Sequence record: NC_048182.1 | Length of the DNA stretch: 64,000 nt | Reading direction: 5' to 3' (one strand) | Part shown: piece after piece, positions 29,046 through 38,144 of the stretch | Layout: the number at the start of each line of letters is the position of its first letter | How positions within the stretch are numbered: the first letter of the stretch is position 1 | Notes under the pieces: generated by a model | Databases searched by the model: none | Told to the model about the DNA's origin: nothing | The model's input: only the letters and a program-made list of their open reading frames with translations | Position numbers and translations under genes: made by a program

Positions 29046-29916
29046 CGATACTTGCCCCTTTAATAATGGCAGTTGCTTTATATACTTCTTCCACAGTCTG
29101 GCATTGATCTTCAACCAGTGCATGGAATTGACCGCTTATCTGACCATCAGTAAGAGAAGAGATAATCATCAGACTGAGTACTTGTTTAAGGTAGTCAAGA
29201 GGATTGTTAATAAGTGCTATGGCCAATCTTGAATGGAAGAGCTTCAGGTAATTTTCAATATCAATACCTAAGCCGCCTCCGTTAGCGATATGCTCATTAG
29301 CTAAGGTACCCACCAACCAGGCTTTGTTATTCTTAATACGCTGACGAAGTACATGGTCGACATATTCAGTATCATCTTCATCGATGATATTTAACCCGAT
29401 CATGATACCACGAATGGTATTAGTGGAAACTTCACGAATATAACTTTCCATGTCATCAAACGGGAATTGACCGTGAGTCATACGAACCACTTTAATAAAG
29501 CGTTCTTTACAGTCCAGGTTTTCGTTGTTTAATGTATCAACCAAACCAATAAGATCGGTCATTCCATCGAACAGATAAATGGTATCCAGAATCCGCTTTA
29601 ATGCTTCTAGCGAATTCATATCCATAAAGTCTTTATCTAAGAAGATCCCCATCATCTGTAACGCGTCGCAAATCGTGTTGATAAACAACAGTCTAACATG
29701 CGACATGAGATCAGATGTATCAAGGCCTTCATCGGCAAAAAGGTGAGTTAATGTACTGTCGATGAAACTATCTGGGAATGAGATTGCAATTAAATTATAC
29801 GACTCAGTGAATAGTTTAGCTTGCTCGGGCGTACACCGCTCAATGAAATCTTTCCACATTTCACCCAGGTTTTCAATACCCAAGTCGGCATTGGTTAAGT
29901 CAATCATGTCTGACAT
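29038..29916 (-). CDS. Conserved hypothetical protein, coupled to vRNAP beta'M
   Basis: 292 aa, acidic, 8-nt overlap with the downstream gene. Confidence 0.75.
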   Translation of the reverse strand: MSDMIDLTNADLGIENLGEMWKDFIERCTPEQAKLFTESYNLIAISFPDSFIDSTLTHLFADEGLDTSDLMSHVRLLFINTICDALQMMGIFLDKDFMDMNSLEALKRILDTIYLFDGMTDLIGLVDTLNNENLDCKERFIKVVRMTHGQFPFDDMESYIREVSTNTIRGIMIGLNIIDEDDTEYVDHVLRQRIKNNKAWLVGTLANEHIANGGGLGIDIENYLKLFHSRLAIALINNPLDYLKQVLSLMIISSLTDGQISGQFHALVEDQCQTVEEVYKATAIIKGASIDA

Positions 29917-29958
29917 AGATTTTACCTATAATTCATTTATTTAAGAAGAGGTCATAAA

Positions 29959-30720
29959 ATGTCTAAGAAAACTACTGCTGCTTCCCAGAAATCTGCTGCT
30001 AAACGTAATGCACGTGCTAAAGCTAAATCAGCTTCTGCTGCTAAAGCCAAGCAGACACCTATGGCTCAAGCTAAGCGTAAGATGCGTGGGTTGAATATCG
30101 GCGGTAATAATAACTTCGACTCTGTGTTAGAACAGGCTGTTCGTCAAATCAACAAAGGTGGCAACGTATCCGGCCCGGCATTTAATTCTACTGAAGAAGT
30201 CATGGACGGTATTGTTAAAGCTGCTGGTGAAACCTTCAAGTTGTTCTGCTACAACGCAGTAGCAAAAGAGCTGGTAGATAAAGGCGCTATCGAACACAAC
30301 TTCCGCATCGACATCAATATGATCGGTGAAGGTATGATGTTGATTGATAATCGTGTAACCACACTACGCGCATACATCAACTCTCCAGAGGCTGATGAAG
30401 GTGTAATCGGTACCGAAGCCCTGGAAATCGGCACACTCATTCAGAACTACGCTGATGAGCTGTATGAAGAGATCGCTCGTATGGAAGAGCATTCTCTGAT
30501 CATCGAAGAAACCGTTGGTCGTCTGGCTGCTGAAATTACAGAAGGTAGCGAGTCCGAACGTCGTGCACGTGTACTGACCACTGTTGCATACAAACTTCTG
30601 GCAGCTATCAAACTCCAGCTGACTCCGGCAGAAGTTGCTGCTGAGAATGAAACTCCAGCTGAAGAAGCTGTAGCAAAAGAAGACGTATCTGAGGACGAAT
30701 CCTTAGAGAAAGCAGAATAA
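29959..30720 (+). CDS. Conserved protein with Lys/Ala-rich basic N-tail and acidic C-tail
   Basis: 253 aa, AGAGG RBS, optimised codons. Confidence 0.8.
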   Translation: MSKKTTAASQKSAAKRNARAKAKSASAAKAKQTPMAQAKRKMRGLNIGGNNNFDSVLEQAVRQINKGGNVSGPAFNSTEEVMDGIVKAAGETFKLFCYNAVAKELVDKGAIEHNFRIDINMIGEGMMLIDNRVTTLRAYINSPEADEGVIGTEALEIGTLIQNYADELYEEIARMEEHSLIIEETVGRLAAEITEGSESERRARVLTTVAYKLLAAIKLQLTPAEVAAENETPAEEAVAKEDVSEDESLEKAE

Positions 30721-30754
30721 TCTTTAATCCACTCTCCTTTATAAGGGAATACCG

Positions 30755-32374
30755 ATGTCTGAAGAAAAACAAGTTCCTGTATCAGAAATGGCACAGGGTA
30801 TTGCGCAGGAGGCAGTGATCAGTACACTGCGTTCTGCTATTATTGGTGATGTTGATGAAGGTGAACTTGCTTTACCTTTATTCCTGGGTACCGATCAAGG
30901 CCCACACCAGATCATCTACCAAACTGCACGTGCTTACATGGGCTTTGATGAAGCTGTTAAGCGTGGTGCTGAACGTGAAGCGGAAGTTCTGAAAACTCAA
31001 TTCGAACAACTGCGTGAAGAACACTTCCCAGGCGTTGATGACACTGAGCTGTCCATCATGCTGCAGAACTACTTCAATTTCTTCTTCCGTACCTTTGACC
31101 GTGCGATGGTTCGTTCATCTACCATTGATCTTTGCGGTCCTAAGAATTGGACTAACAGCACACCAGGTCGTGGTGAAACTCGCATGGGCTTTATCAATGC
31201 GATGAAACCATCCGTAGACGCTAAGATGTCTATGCGTGACCGCATGCGTCGTAACTTCCTTCAGGCCTACGATCAACCAGACAGCTTTAACATGATGCTG
31301 CTGAACTCCATGATCTTCCTGAAAGTGAACATCCCGACCCCTATGGATTTGATTCGTCTGATTAACGACATTCAAACCAAGCTCCGTCAGTACGGTGAAC
31401 GTTTCCAGGTTTCTTCTTTACATCTGGAACGTGCGGGCATTTCAGAACTGATCGTTGACTTTGTACTTGACCATACCAAATACTGGTCGGTAAAAGATAT
31501 CGAAGATCCTCGTGACCTGAAACCGTATATCCGCTCAAGCGATATTAACCATATCGCTCAGATGCTACTGTCAATCTCATCTCCTCGCGGTGTTAACTTC
31601 CGTATTTACTGCCTGGCTAACCAGTGTAAATACAGTGCGGTTAAAGTTATCGATCCTGCCAACATGGTTCTGACTGTTGAAGAGGACATGCCAGAAGAAC
31701 ATCGCAAGATCAAAACCGAATTGATGACCACACAACGCAAACTGTCTCGCGAAGAGCTGGATGCGATTGTGCCGGTATATCGTGATAAAGAAGGTAAACC
31801 AATCGACCTGGATATCCCTCTGAGTAACGGTACTGGTAAACTTGTCCTGGGTGTTCCTTTCCTGGATGAGTACTTTGGTGCATTCGTTCGTATGGCTGAA
31901 CGTATCAACCCACGACTTCGTCAATTGGCAGTGGATTTCCCTAACCCGAAAATCTATGCTGATAAACGTAAAGAGTTTATGTCAACTCTGCGCATGGGCG
32001 AATACCTTCAGTGGATTCGCCAGTACGTTGTCTTCCCAGCACCAGGTACTGAGGGTGAAGATGATGTGATGGATCGCGATGAAGATCCAGAAGGATTTGA
32101 AGAAGGTCTGATTGACATCTTTAACAAAGATGAAGATCTCTTCGGTCGTACTCTGGAGAAGGTTCTTTCTATCACCCCTCGTCTAACTTATACCTTTATC
32201 GGGGTAATGGAAGATGAATGCCCAAGCTGTAAGAAAAAAGCAGAAGGTGTTCGTTCTAATGAACTGGCCGGCTTCACCCCTATCGACCCAGTTATGAATT
32301 TTTTCGACCATCGCCGAATGATGATTGGCTTGCAGGCAAGCCGAGCGAGTTTCGTAGAGGACAGTCTTTCTTAA
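30755..32374 (+). CDS. Conserved protein, candidate tail/baseplate-hub assembly chaperone (unshifted, G-like product)
   Basis: 539 aa with C-terminal CPSC; carries an in-frame T-TTT-TTC 22 codons before its stop. The functional call is inference. Confidence 0.55.
   Translation: MSEEKQVPVSEMAQGIAQEAVISTLRSAIIGDVDEGELALPLFLGTDQGPHQIIYQTARAYMGFDEAVKRGAEREAEVLKTQFEQLREEHFPGVDDTELSIMLQNYFNFFFRTFDRAMVRSSTIDLCGPKNWTNSTPGRGETRMGFINAMKPSVDAKMSMRDRMRRNFLQAYDQPDSFNMMLLNSMIFLKVNIPTPMDLIRLINDIQTKLRQYGERFQVSSLHLERAGISELIVDFVLDHTKYWSVKDIEDPRDLKPYIRSSDINHIAQMLLSISSPRGVNFRIYCLANQCKYSAVKVIDPANMVLTVEEDMPEEHRKIKTELMTTQRKLSREELDAIVPVYRDKEGKPIDLDIPLSNGTGKLVLGVPFLDEYFGAFVRMAERINPRLRQLAVDFPNPKIYADKRKEFMSTLRMGEYLQWIRQYVVFPAPGTEGEDDVMDRDEDPEGFEEGLIDIFNKDEDLFGRTLEKVLSITPRLTYTFIGVMEDECPSCKKKAEGVRSNELAGFTPIDPVMNFFDHRRMMIGLQASRASFVEDSLS
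32299..32305 (+). other. Candidate programmed -1 ribosomal frameshift site (U UUU UUC)
   Basis: Codons AAT TTT TTC of the 539-aa ORF; the -1 frame is stop-free from 32263 to 32817 with no ATG/GTG/TTG before 32488; hairpin TTGGCTTG-CAGG-CAAGCCGA at 32325-32344. Confidence 0.65.
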
Positions 32375-32817
32375 GTTCTTACGAGCCAGTTAATCCTGGA
32401 ATCGCCCCTAAGCTAGATGAGCTATGGATTAAAAATGCAGGAGAGAAGGACTCTCTCCTAATCCAGAAAGAAGAACGTCGTCTCTTCATGTTGAAGTATG
32501 GATACGTTAGCATGGGTGAGAACTTGTCTTCTTATCTTGTCTACAATGATCAGTTAAAAGATTACCATCATCCTTTATCTGGCCGAGCTTTTGGTGAAAC
32601 ATTCGGCCTGCGCGAATATAGTAAATGGATCAAGCTATCTGACTATTTACATATGCCGGTTGACGTTATTGACGATATTTTGGAAGGGGTTGCTAAGGGC
32701 GAAGAGAAGAATGCTAAACTCAAAGCCGAAGCAGCCAAACGTGCGGCACAAAACGCTGGTCAAAGTAATGACCCACAGACGGCCGCAATCCGTAATGCAC
32801 AAAAGGGTAAAAACTAA
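32305..32817 (+). CDS. Frameshift extension (GT-like, 170 aa); alternatively a 109-aa ORF from ATG 32488
   Basis: ATG 32488 has no SD-like sequence; upstream open frame reads protein-like (RPSPNDDWLAGKPSEF...EERRLFMLKYG); KLSDYLHMPV resembles T-type chaperone motifs. Confidence 0.6.
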   Translation, partial: RPSPNDDWLAGKPSEFRRGQSFLSSYEPVNPGIAPKLDELWIKNAGEKDSLLIQKEERRLFMLKYGYVSMGENLSSYLVYNDQLKDYHHPLSGRAFGETFGLREYSKWIKLSDYLHMPVDVIDDILEGVAKGEEKNAKLKAEAAKRAAQNAGQSNDPQTAAIRNAQKGKN

Positions 32818-33359
32818 TGGGTAATTCCTATACTCCTCCTCAGCTTCAAAAGCAAAAAACAGCTGTAGAAGAACTGCAACCTAAAGAAAACCTGATGGAC
32901 AGTTCCATTGGTCGTCCTGCTGAAAAGTCAGCGGTTGTCATGCCAGTCGATATCTATAAGAAATCGATTGATGAACTGACCCTGTTGCTGAAAGACGAGC
33001 TTACCGGTTCTCTGGAAGAACGTACTAAGTTCCAACAGAACTTCATCAAAAACCTGGAACCAATGTTGAACCTCGATGAACCACTGGTTAAACAGATTCT
33101 GGATTATTTCATTATCACGATCGTTAAGAACCGCGATACCTACAACTACAATAACCTACTGCGTCCGTGTTATGTGCTTGAAGGTAAGATGAATGCCAGT
33201 GATCTGAACCGCTATAAGCGCTTCCTGGACTTCATTACCTGTCTGGCCGATAATGCCAAAGATCGTACTCGTTTCATCGCTAACTTTGACATTGTCAAGT
33301 TCTCAGCAATGTTCGGCGCTAAAGCTAAACAAAACCTGACTAACTACATTTACCGCTAA
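32817..33359 (+). CDS. Conserved hypothetical helical protein
   Basis: 180 aa, coupled to the upstream stop (TAATG). Confidence 0.8.
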   Translation: MGNSYTPPQLQKQKTAVEELQPKENLMDSSIGRPAEKSAVVMPVDIYKKSIDELTLLLKDELTGSLEERTKFQQNFIKNLEPMLNLDEPLVKQILDYFIITIVKNRDTYNYNNLLRPCYVLEGKMNASDLNRYKRFLDFITCLADNAKDRTRFIANFDIVKFSAMFGAKAKQNLTNYIYR

Positions 33360-33362
33360 TCG

Positions 33363-33394
33363 TATCCTGGCCTTCCTTCGGGGAGGTCAGGGTA
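33363..33394 (+). terminator. Hairpin terminator
   Basis: TATCCTGGCCTTCC-TTCG-GGGAGGTCAGGGTA. Confidence 0.8.
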
Positions 33395-33427
33395 TTATTT
33401 GTCTATTACAACAACAGGGCTATCACA

Positions 33428-34195
33428 ATGGATTTTCAAGACGATCTGACTCACTACAGTCGAATCATCGCGGGTTTAGAATCTGTGCATGAGCATATTA
33501 ACTATAACGCTGGCATCGATGTTGATGGAACATATGCGTTAACCGTGCTGGAGCTTCAAGCTCAGGACGAAGGTTATATCGAAGGTACAGAAGGGTTTAT
33601 GGATTCTGTTAAGAAAGGTGCTCAAGACATAGTTAAATGGATTAAGCAAGTACTTACTGCGATCGGTAATTTTCTAATAGGGAAAAAGAAAGCCCAGCCA
33701 ATATGGCAGGATAAATGGAGCGAGATTAACGTAGAAGAAGTGAAGAAGAGCATGCATTCACTTTACGGTAATGCGCTTAATGCCATTGCAACCCATTTAA
33801 CTGATGATAAATTTGATTCAGTTCGCCCTTACTTTAAATTTATGGATTTAGATAAACTTTCAGAAAAAGCCACTGTGATGCTTAAGAAAATTGATGATCC
33901 CGATTCTTATGGGCATAGTAGTTTATTCCATGATGTCCGTCAGTTGAGCAAAGATATCCTTGCTGAGCTTGAGCGTGTTGAAAAAGCTATTAAAGGTCTT
34001 GATTTAAAAGCCACTGGTTCAGGGATCGCTGCCAATAAGTTAACAACATTGGCTGGAGCATTAGGTCGTGCTGAAGATGTTTTGATGACCGCATGGTACA
34101 AACATACCGAGGCGTTAGCTGAAGCTGATCTAAACACAAGCCGCCGCAATTATAAAGAACAACAAGAATTTTACGATAATCAGGGTAAGAAATAA
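33428..34195 (+). CDS. Internal head protein paralog
   Basis: DDLTHYSRIIAGLES...YALTVLELQAQDEGYIEGTE-GFMDSVKKGAQDIVKWIK. Confidence 0.75.
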   Translation: MDFQDDLTHYSRIIAGLESVHEHINYNAGIDVDGTYALTVLELQAQDEGYIEGTEGFMDSVKKGAQDIVKWIKQVLTAIGNFLIGKKKAQPIWQDKWSEINVEEVKKSMHSLYGNALNAIATHLTDDKFDSVRPYFKFMDLDKLSEKATVMLKKIDDPDSYGHSSLFHDVRQLSKDILAELERVEKAIKGLDLKATGSGIAANKLTTLAGALGRAEDVLMTAWYKHTEALAEADLNTSRRNYKEQQEFYDNQGKK

Positions 34196-35209
34196 ATGAC
34201 TCCATTTGACGATGTCCAGCATTATGCGACTATTATTGCTGGTTGTGAAAATATCAATAAACGTTTAGAAGGCGGTTCTAAACTTAGCCAGGATGGTCGT
34301 TACGCTCAAACGGTACTAACCCTCCATGCTGGCGATGCCGGGTTTGTTGCAGGGACTGAGGGTTTCATGGACTCTATCAAACGTGGGGCTACCAACATCT
34401 ACGAATGGATCAAGAAAATGATCTCTGCTATTCGTGATTGGTTCCGCGGTAATAAGGTCGATAAAGAAGCAGAACGTCTTGATCAGTTATCAAAACAATT
34501 TGATCTCGGCATCTCTGGCGCTGAAATCAAGCGTATGGGTGCTCGTAAGTTTGTTCAGTTCTTGGTGGCTAGTAAGCAACCACAACGTGCTGGTAATGAA
34601 CGTATCAGTATTGACACTGTTGCTGAAGAAGTCGAGAAGATGTCACCTGAGCAGTTGAAACAGGTTGAACTTTATCTAGCTAGTATTACTGACGATCCTG
34701 AATTCAAAGAAGCAGTGAAAGAAGAACATGACTTTGTTGTTAACAAAGCTATGGCGGCTATCAAACCTCGTCTTACTGAACTTAATGGTTTGTTAGAACA
34801 AATGAAGGAAGCCGACCCTGACGGTGAAGCGGGTAAAGCACTGGGGATCGAACCTGATCGTGCGTTCAGTCAGTTCAGTGATTTACTGACTAAGATCGAT
34901 CATATCAGTGCTAGCACGCTTACTTCCACTACTAACCGTATTGGGCGCGGTGTCGTAGATGCTAACAAGCTGCTCAAATCAGCAACCGATAAACTCGATT
35001 CGCTGAACAATACAAACAAAGTGGGTGGTGGTCCAGTTGTAAGCAAAGCAGCACGCATTGTAAGCCTCTTGACAACGTTTGTTGAAGTAGGACGTAAGTT
35101 AGTAGCCCAACTGGTTGTAATCATGGAAAAAGGCGAATACAATGCTCTGTCGGTATTCATCTCTCGTCGGTGGTTTGAAGCTCGAACTCAATTTGCAGCA
35201 ATTAAATAA
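34196..35209 (+). CDS. Internal head protein paralog
   Basis: DDVQHYATIIAGCE...DGRYAQTVLTLHAGDAGFVAGTE-GFMDSIKRGATNIYEWIK. Confidence 0.75.
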   Translation: MTPFDDVQHYATIIAGCENINKRLEGGSKLSQDGRYAQTVLTLHAGDAGFVAGTEGFMDSIKRGATNIYEWIKKMISAIRDWFRGNKVDKEAERLDQLSKQFDLGISGAEIKRMGARKFVQFLVASKQPQRAGNERISIDTVAEEVEKMSPEQLKQVELYLASITDDPEFKEAVKEEHDFVVNKAMAAIKPRLTELNGLLEQMKEADPDGEAGKALGIEPDRAFSQFSDLLTKIDHISASTLTSTTNRIGRGVVDANKLLKSATDKLDSLNNTNKVGGGPVVSKAARIVSLLTTFVEVGRKLVAQLVVIMEKGEYNALSVFISRRWFEARTQFAAIK

Positions 35210-35218
35210 GGTAATATA

Positions 35219-36265
35219 ATGGATATTAATGATGACCTCGTGCATTACGGCAACATGCTTGCTGGATGCGAATCTATTAACGACGTTTTAGCAAACGGCG
35301 GTAAGCTCTCTTACGAGGGTCGCTATGCTCAAACGGTACTAAGCCTACATGCCCAGGACGCTGGCTTTGTAGCTGGAACTGAAGGGTTTGTCGAGAACGT
35401 CAAAGCCGGTGCTGGTAAAGCCATTAAGTGGATCATGGACTTACTAAAAAGTATTCGTGATTTCTTCTTTGGTAGTCATGAAGAGCAAGTTAAGAAAGCC
35501 GGTGCTAATGCAGAAAAGGCTGCCGATATCATTGCTAACCCAAATAAGCTGTTCGGTGCTGGGATTACCCAATCCCTCGACATCCAGGCTAATTTTACTG
35601 TTAGCAAAAGTGCAGCAGAAACTGCCAAGAAACAATTCAATGCTTTATCCCCTGAAGCTAAGAAAGAAGCAGAAGAAGAGTTTAAAGCAAAAGCAAAAGA
35701 AAACTCTCTGAATGAAACAGGTCAAGCGACCGTTGATAAAATTAAAGCAGCTATCACTACCGGTGCTACAGCTTTAAAACGTCCAGCATCTGAAATTGCC
35801 CGTCTTAACGCAATGGAAGACGGTGGGCTTTCTAATCGCCTTGGTCTGGGTGACGGTAACGCTTATGAAACTATCATTGGCGACATCCTGGGTGACATCA
35901 AAGGTTTGAAAGTAAGTACAATCTCTAACACTGTTAAGTATCTGATCAAAGTAGCGGACGGTGCGAATACCGATCTTAAAGATGCTGTCAAAGAGTTGGA
36001 AGGTTTAACCAAAAAGATTGGTGAAACCGGTAACCAAGCCGATCAACGTAAACTTAGCCGCGCTGGTATGATTGTTAACGAACTGGCCAAAATTGTTAAG
36101 GGAACTCAACAGTTGGTTATTACGGTTAACAATGCATTAACTCAAGCTATTCGCTCTGAACAGGATAAGGTAGTCGCTGCTATCCTGAGAAAGAATAAGA
36201 TCACGGTTGCCGGGGTTCTTAATAAAGACGATGACAGTGAAGCTAAAGAAAAGCTGACCAAATAA
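35219..36265 (+). CDS. Internal head protein paralog
   Basis: DDLVHYGNMLAGCES...EGRYAQTVLSLHAQDAGFVAGTE-GFVENVKAGAGKAIKWI. Confidence 0.75.
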   Translation: MDINDDLVHYGNMLAGCESINDVLANGGKLSYEGRYAQTVLSLHAQDAGFVAGTEGFVENVKAGAGKAIKWIMDLLKSIRDFFFGSHEEQVKKAGANAEKAADIIANPNKLFGAGITQSLDIQANFTVSKSAAETAKKQFNALSPEAKKEAEEEFKAKAKENSLNETGQATVDKIKAAITTGATALKRPASEIARLNAMEDGGLSNRLGLGDGNAYETIIGDILGDIKGLKVSTISNTVKYLIKVADGANTDLKDAVKELEGLTKKIGETGNQADQRKLSRAGMIVNELAKIVKGTQQLVITVNNALTQAIRSEQDKVVAAILRKNKITVAGVLNKDDDSEAKEKLTK

Positions 36266-36312
36266 ACAAACATATTCCCCTACCCCTCCTCACGGAGTGG
36301 GTAGGGGTTATG
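36265..36312. terminator. Bidirectional terminator, third member of the repeated family
   Basis: AACAAACATATTCCCCTACCCCTCC-TCAC-GGAGTGGGTAGGGGTTATG; flanks match those of 42138-42184. Confidence 0.8.
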
Positions 36313-36313
36313 C

Positions 36314-38059
36314 TTATGCAGCGCGTTTTTTGTTCAGGTAAGGTATAACAGACTCTTCATAGAAAGAGTTGATGTCAGTAATCTGTGGCATACCAAAGAT
36401 GGTGTTGCACAGAGTGGTTGCGTTAGCAATTGGAGATGACGCGTAGTTAACCCCTACACGACGGAACTCGAAACGGTCCAAACCTTCAATCTCACAAACT
36501 TCCAACTTGGTAGTCTTGTTGGACACGTTCAATGAAACTGTGATATGCGGATAAGCACCAGTTACGTCAATGTCATCTGTATCACCACGACCACGACTAC
36601 GCCATGATGGAAGACCGTCATAGATAGCTTTACCTTTATCTTCGTTCAGCTCAGCATGAAGCAGAGCAATCCAGTCACGCAGGTCTGGCTTAATCTCTTT
36701 CAGTAGATCTTCTTTCTTACGGCCAACAGTACCCCAGACATAACCGTGTTCTTTTGCAATGAACGACAGCTTATCTGAAATCATAGAAGGCTGAGACTGA
36801 TAAGACTTCAGCTCAGAAGAAGTCACCAGAGATGGTAACGAGATAGAGTAGTCATTTGTTTTACGGTTCAGGTCTTCAATTACCCAGTTATCTCGGATGT
36901 TATACATTACGTATTCATAAGGATAATTGGCAACCATGAATTTGTGCCACTCAGGAGAACCTGGTTGCAGATGTTCAGCTTCTGGAATGTACAGCTTACC
37001 TTCCACCCCTTCAGCGATAGCGGTGTTCTGCAACGAGTAAGATTCTTTCTTACCCATAGGAGCACGTTTAATCGCATAGAAGGACATCCCATCGAACCAC
37101 TGCCATTTAGCAGGTGCCTGAACAACAGGGAAACGTTCCTGAGGTTCTAATGGGGATTGTGAGCCATCTACCTTACGTTTGAACTCACGTCCTTTAAAGT
37201 AGAAGTAATCTTGATATGGTTTCGGAATAGACGGGTCAGAATAAACCTGAGCTAAGTCATAGTTTTCATTCTTCAGTGCATTCTCGTTTTGTTCCATATC
37301 GAAGTTTGCGTTCCATGAAACGATGAAGTCCATTCCACGTTTATGCCAGAACTGAATGTTGTTATAAACAACTTGACCTGAGGTATCTGCTAATACCCAA
37401 TCAATAGTGACGCCATGCTTTTCCATATAGTCTTTGAGGTGAATTGCTGCACACTCATTCAACTTACGGATAATGATCGCATCATCTTTCTGATCTTCTT
37501 TAGGGAAGTAAGAACGAAGCCCAGACCAATACGCTAGTTCTTTGATGGTAGTTGATGCCATGTTAATTGGACCCACAGAACCATCTTTCAAGATGTAGGT
37601 CTCAACGTCGTATGCACCAACTTCAAATGTTTCAGCAGGCTGATGGTCAGGATACTTATCATAGAACATTTGCTTATAGATAACAGGAACTGTTTCCTGA
37701 CACCCAAACAAATAAGGACTGTTCTTCATCTCGGCTAAGAAGGCTTTGCGGTCTGGACGACCATATAACGCTTTGTGAATGTTATTCGCCAGGTTAGCTT
37801 CGTTAGAAGTATGACGATCACATTTAGACATTTCAATGTAATCGCGTTTATCATTGAACTTACGCAACTTAGGCTTGACGGTATAGAAGTCACGTCTAAA
37901 GTCTTCAATTTGGCGCAGTTCTGTTGTGCGTGTTCCGTCTGCATGAATGTTTGTAATCTTGGCCGTAAGAAGATCGTGACCAGGATTAAATTTGTTGAAC
38001 GATAAGTACGCATGCTTACACGCGCGTCCAACAATTGGATTCTCTGTCTTATCTGTCAT
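36314..38059 (-). CDS. Split family-B DNA polymerase, exonuclease + motif A subunit (phiKZ gp82-like)
   Basis: Exo I YDVET, Exo II SWNANFD, Exo III YNIRD, motif A DIDVTGAYP near the C-terminus; motifs B and C absent. Confidence 0.85.
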   Translation of the reverse strand: MTDKTENPIVGRACKHAYLSFNKFNPGHDLLTAKITNIHADGTRTTELRQIEDFRRDFYTVKPKLRKFNDKRDYIEMSKCDRHTSNEANLANNIHKALYGRPDRKAFLAEMKNSPYLFGCQETVPVIYKQMFYDKYPDHQPAETFEVGAYDVETYILKDGSVGPINMASTTIKELAYWSGLRSYFPKEDQKDDAIIIRKLNECAAIHLKDYMEKHGVTIDWVLADTSGQVVYNNIQFWHKRGMDFIVSWNANFDMEQNENALKNENYDLAQVYSDPSIPKPYQDYFYFKGREFKRKVDGSQSPLEPQERFPVVQAPAKWQWFDGMSFYAIKRAPMGKKESYSLQNTAIAEGVEGKLYIPEAEHLQPGSPEWHKFMVANYPYEYVMYNIRDNWVIEDLNRKTNDYSISLPSLVTSSELKSYQSQPSMISDKLSFIAKEHGYVWGTVGRKKEDLLKEIKPDLRDWIALLHAELNEDKGKAIYDGLPSWRSRGRGDTDDIDVTGAYPHITVSLNVSNKTTKLEVCEIEGLDRFEFRRVGVNYASSPIANATTLCNTIFGMPQITDINSFYEESVIPYLNKKRAA

Positions 38060-38070
38060 GAAGCACCCGA

Positions 38071-38078
38071 ATGTTATG
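38071..38078 (+). promoter_or_regulatory. Putative late promoter core (ATGTTATG)
   Basis: Same 8-mer at 25810, 52309 and 56420, each upstream of structural genes; contains the TATG of phiKZ late promoters. Confidence 0.45.
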
Positions 38079-38144
38079 ACGTCTTGAGTTAGATTTTCTA
38101 CATAATCGAACTCGCCCTTTTATTTTACTCCCGGAGTTACAATA

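Noticed and set aside
29046-29123. N-terminal extension of vRNAP beta'M given by the ORF track
   Set aside because: Overlaps the upstream gene by 86 nt; the ATGCATAA-coupled ATG at 29045 is more plausible
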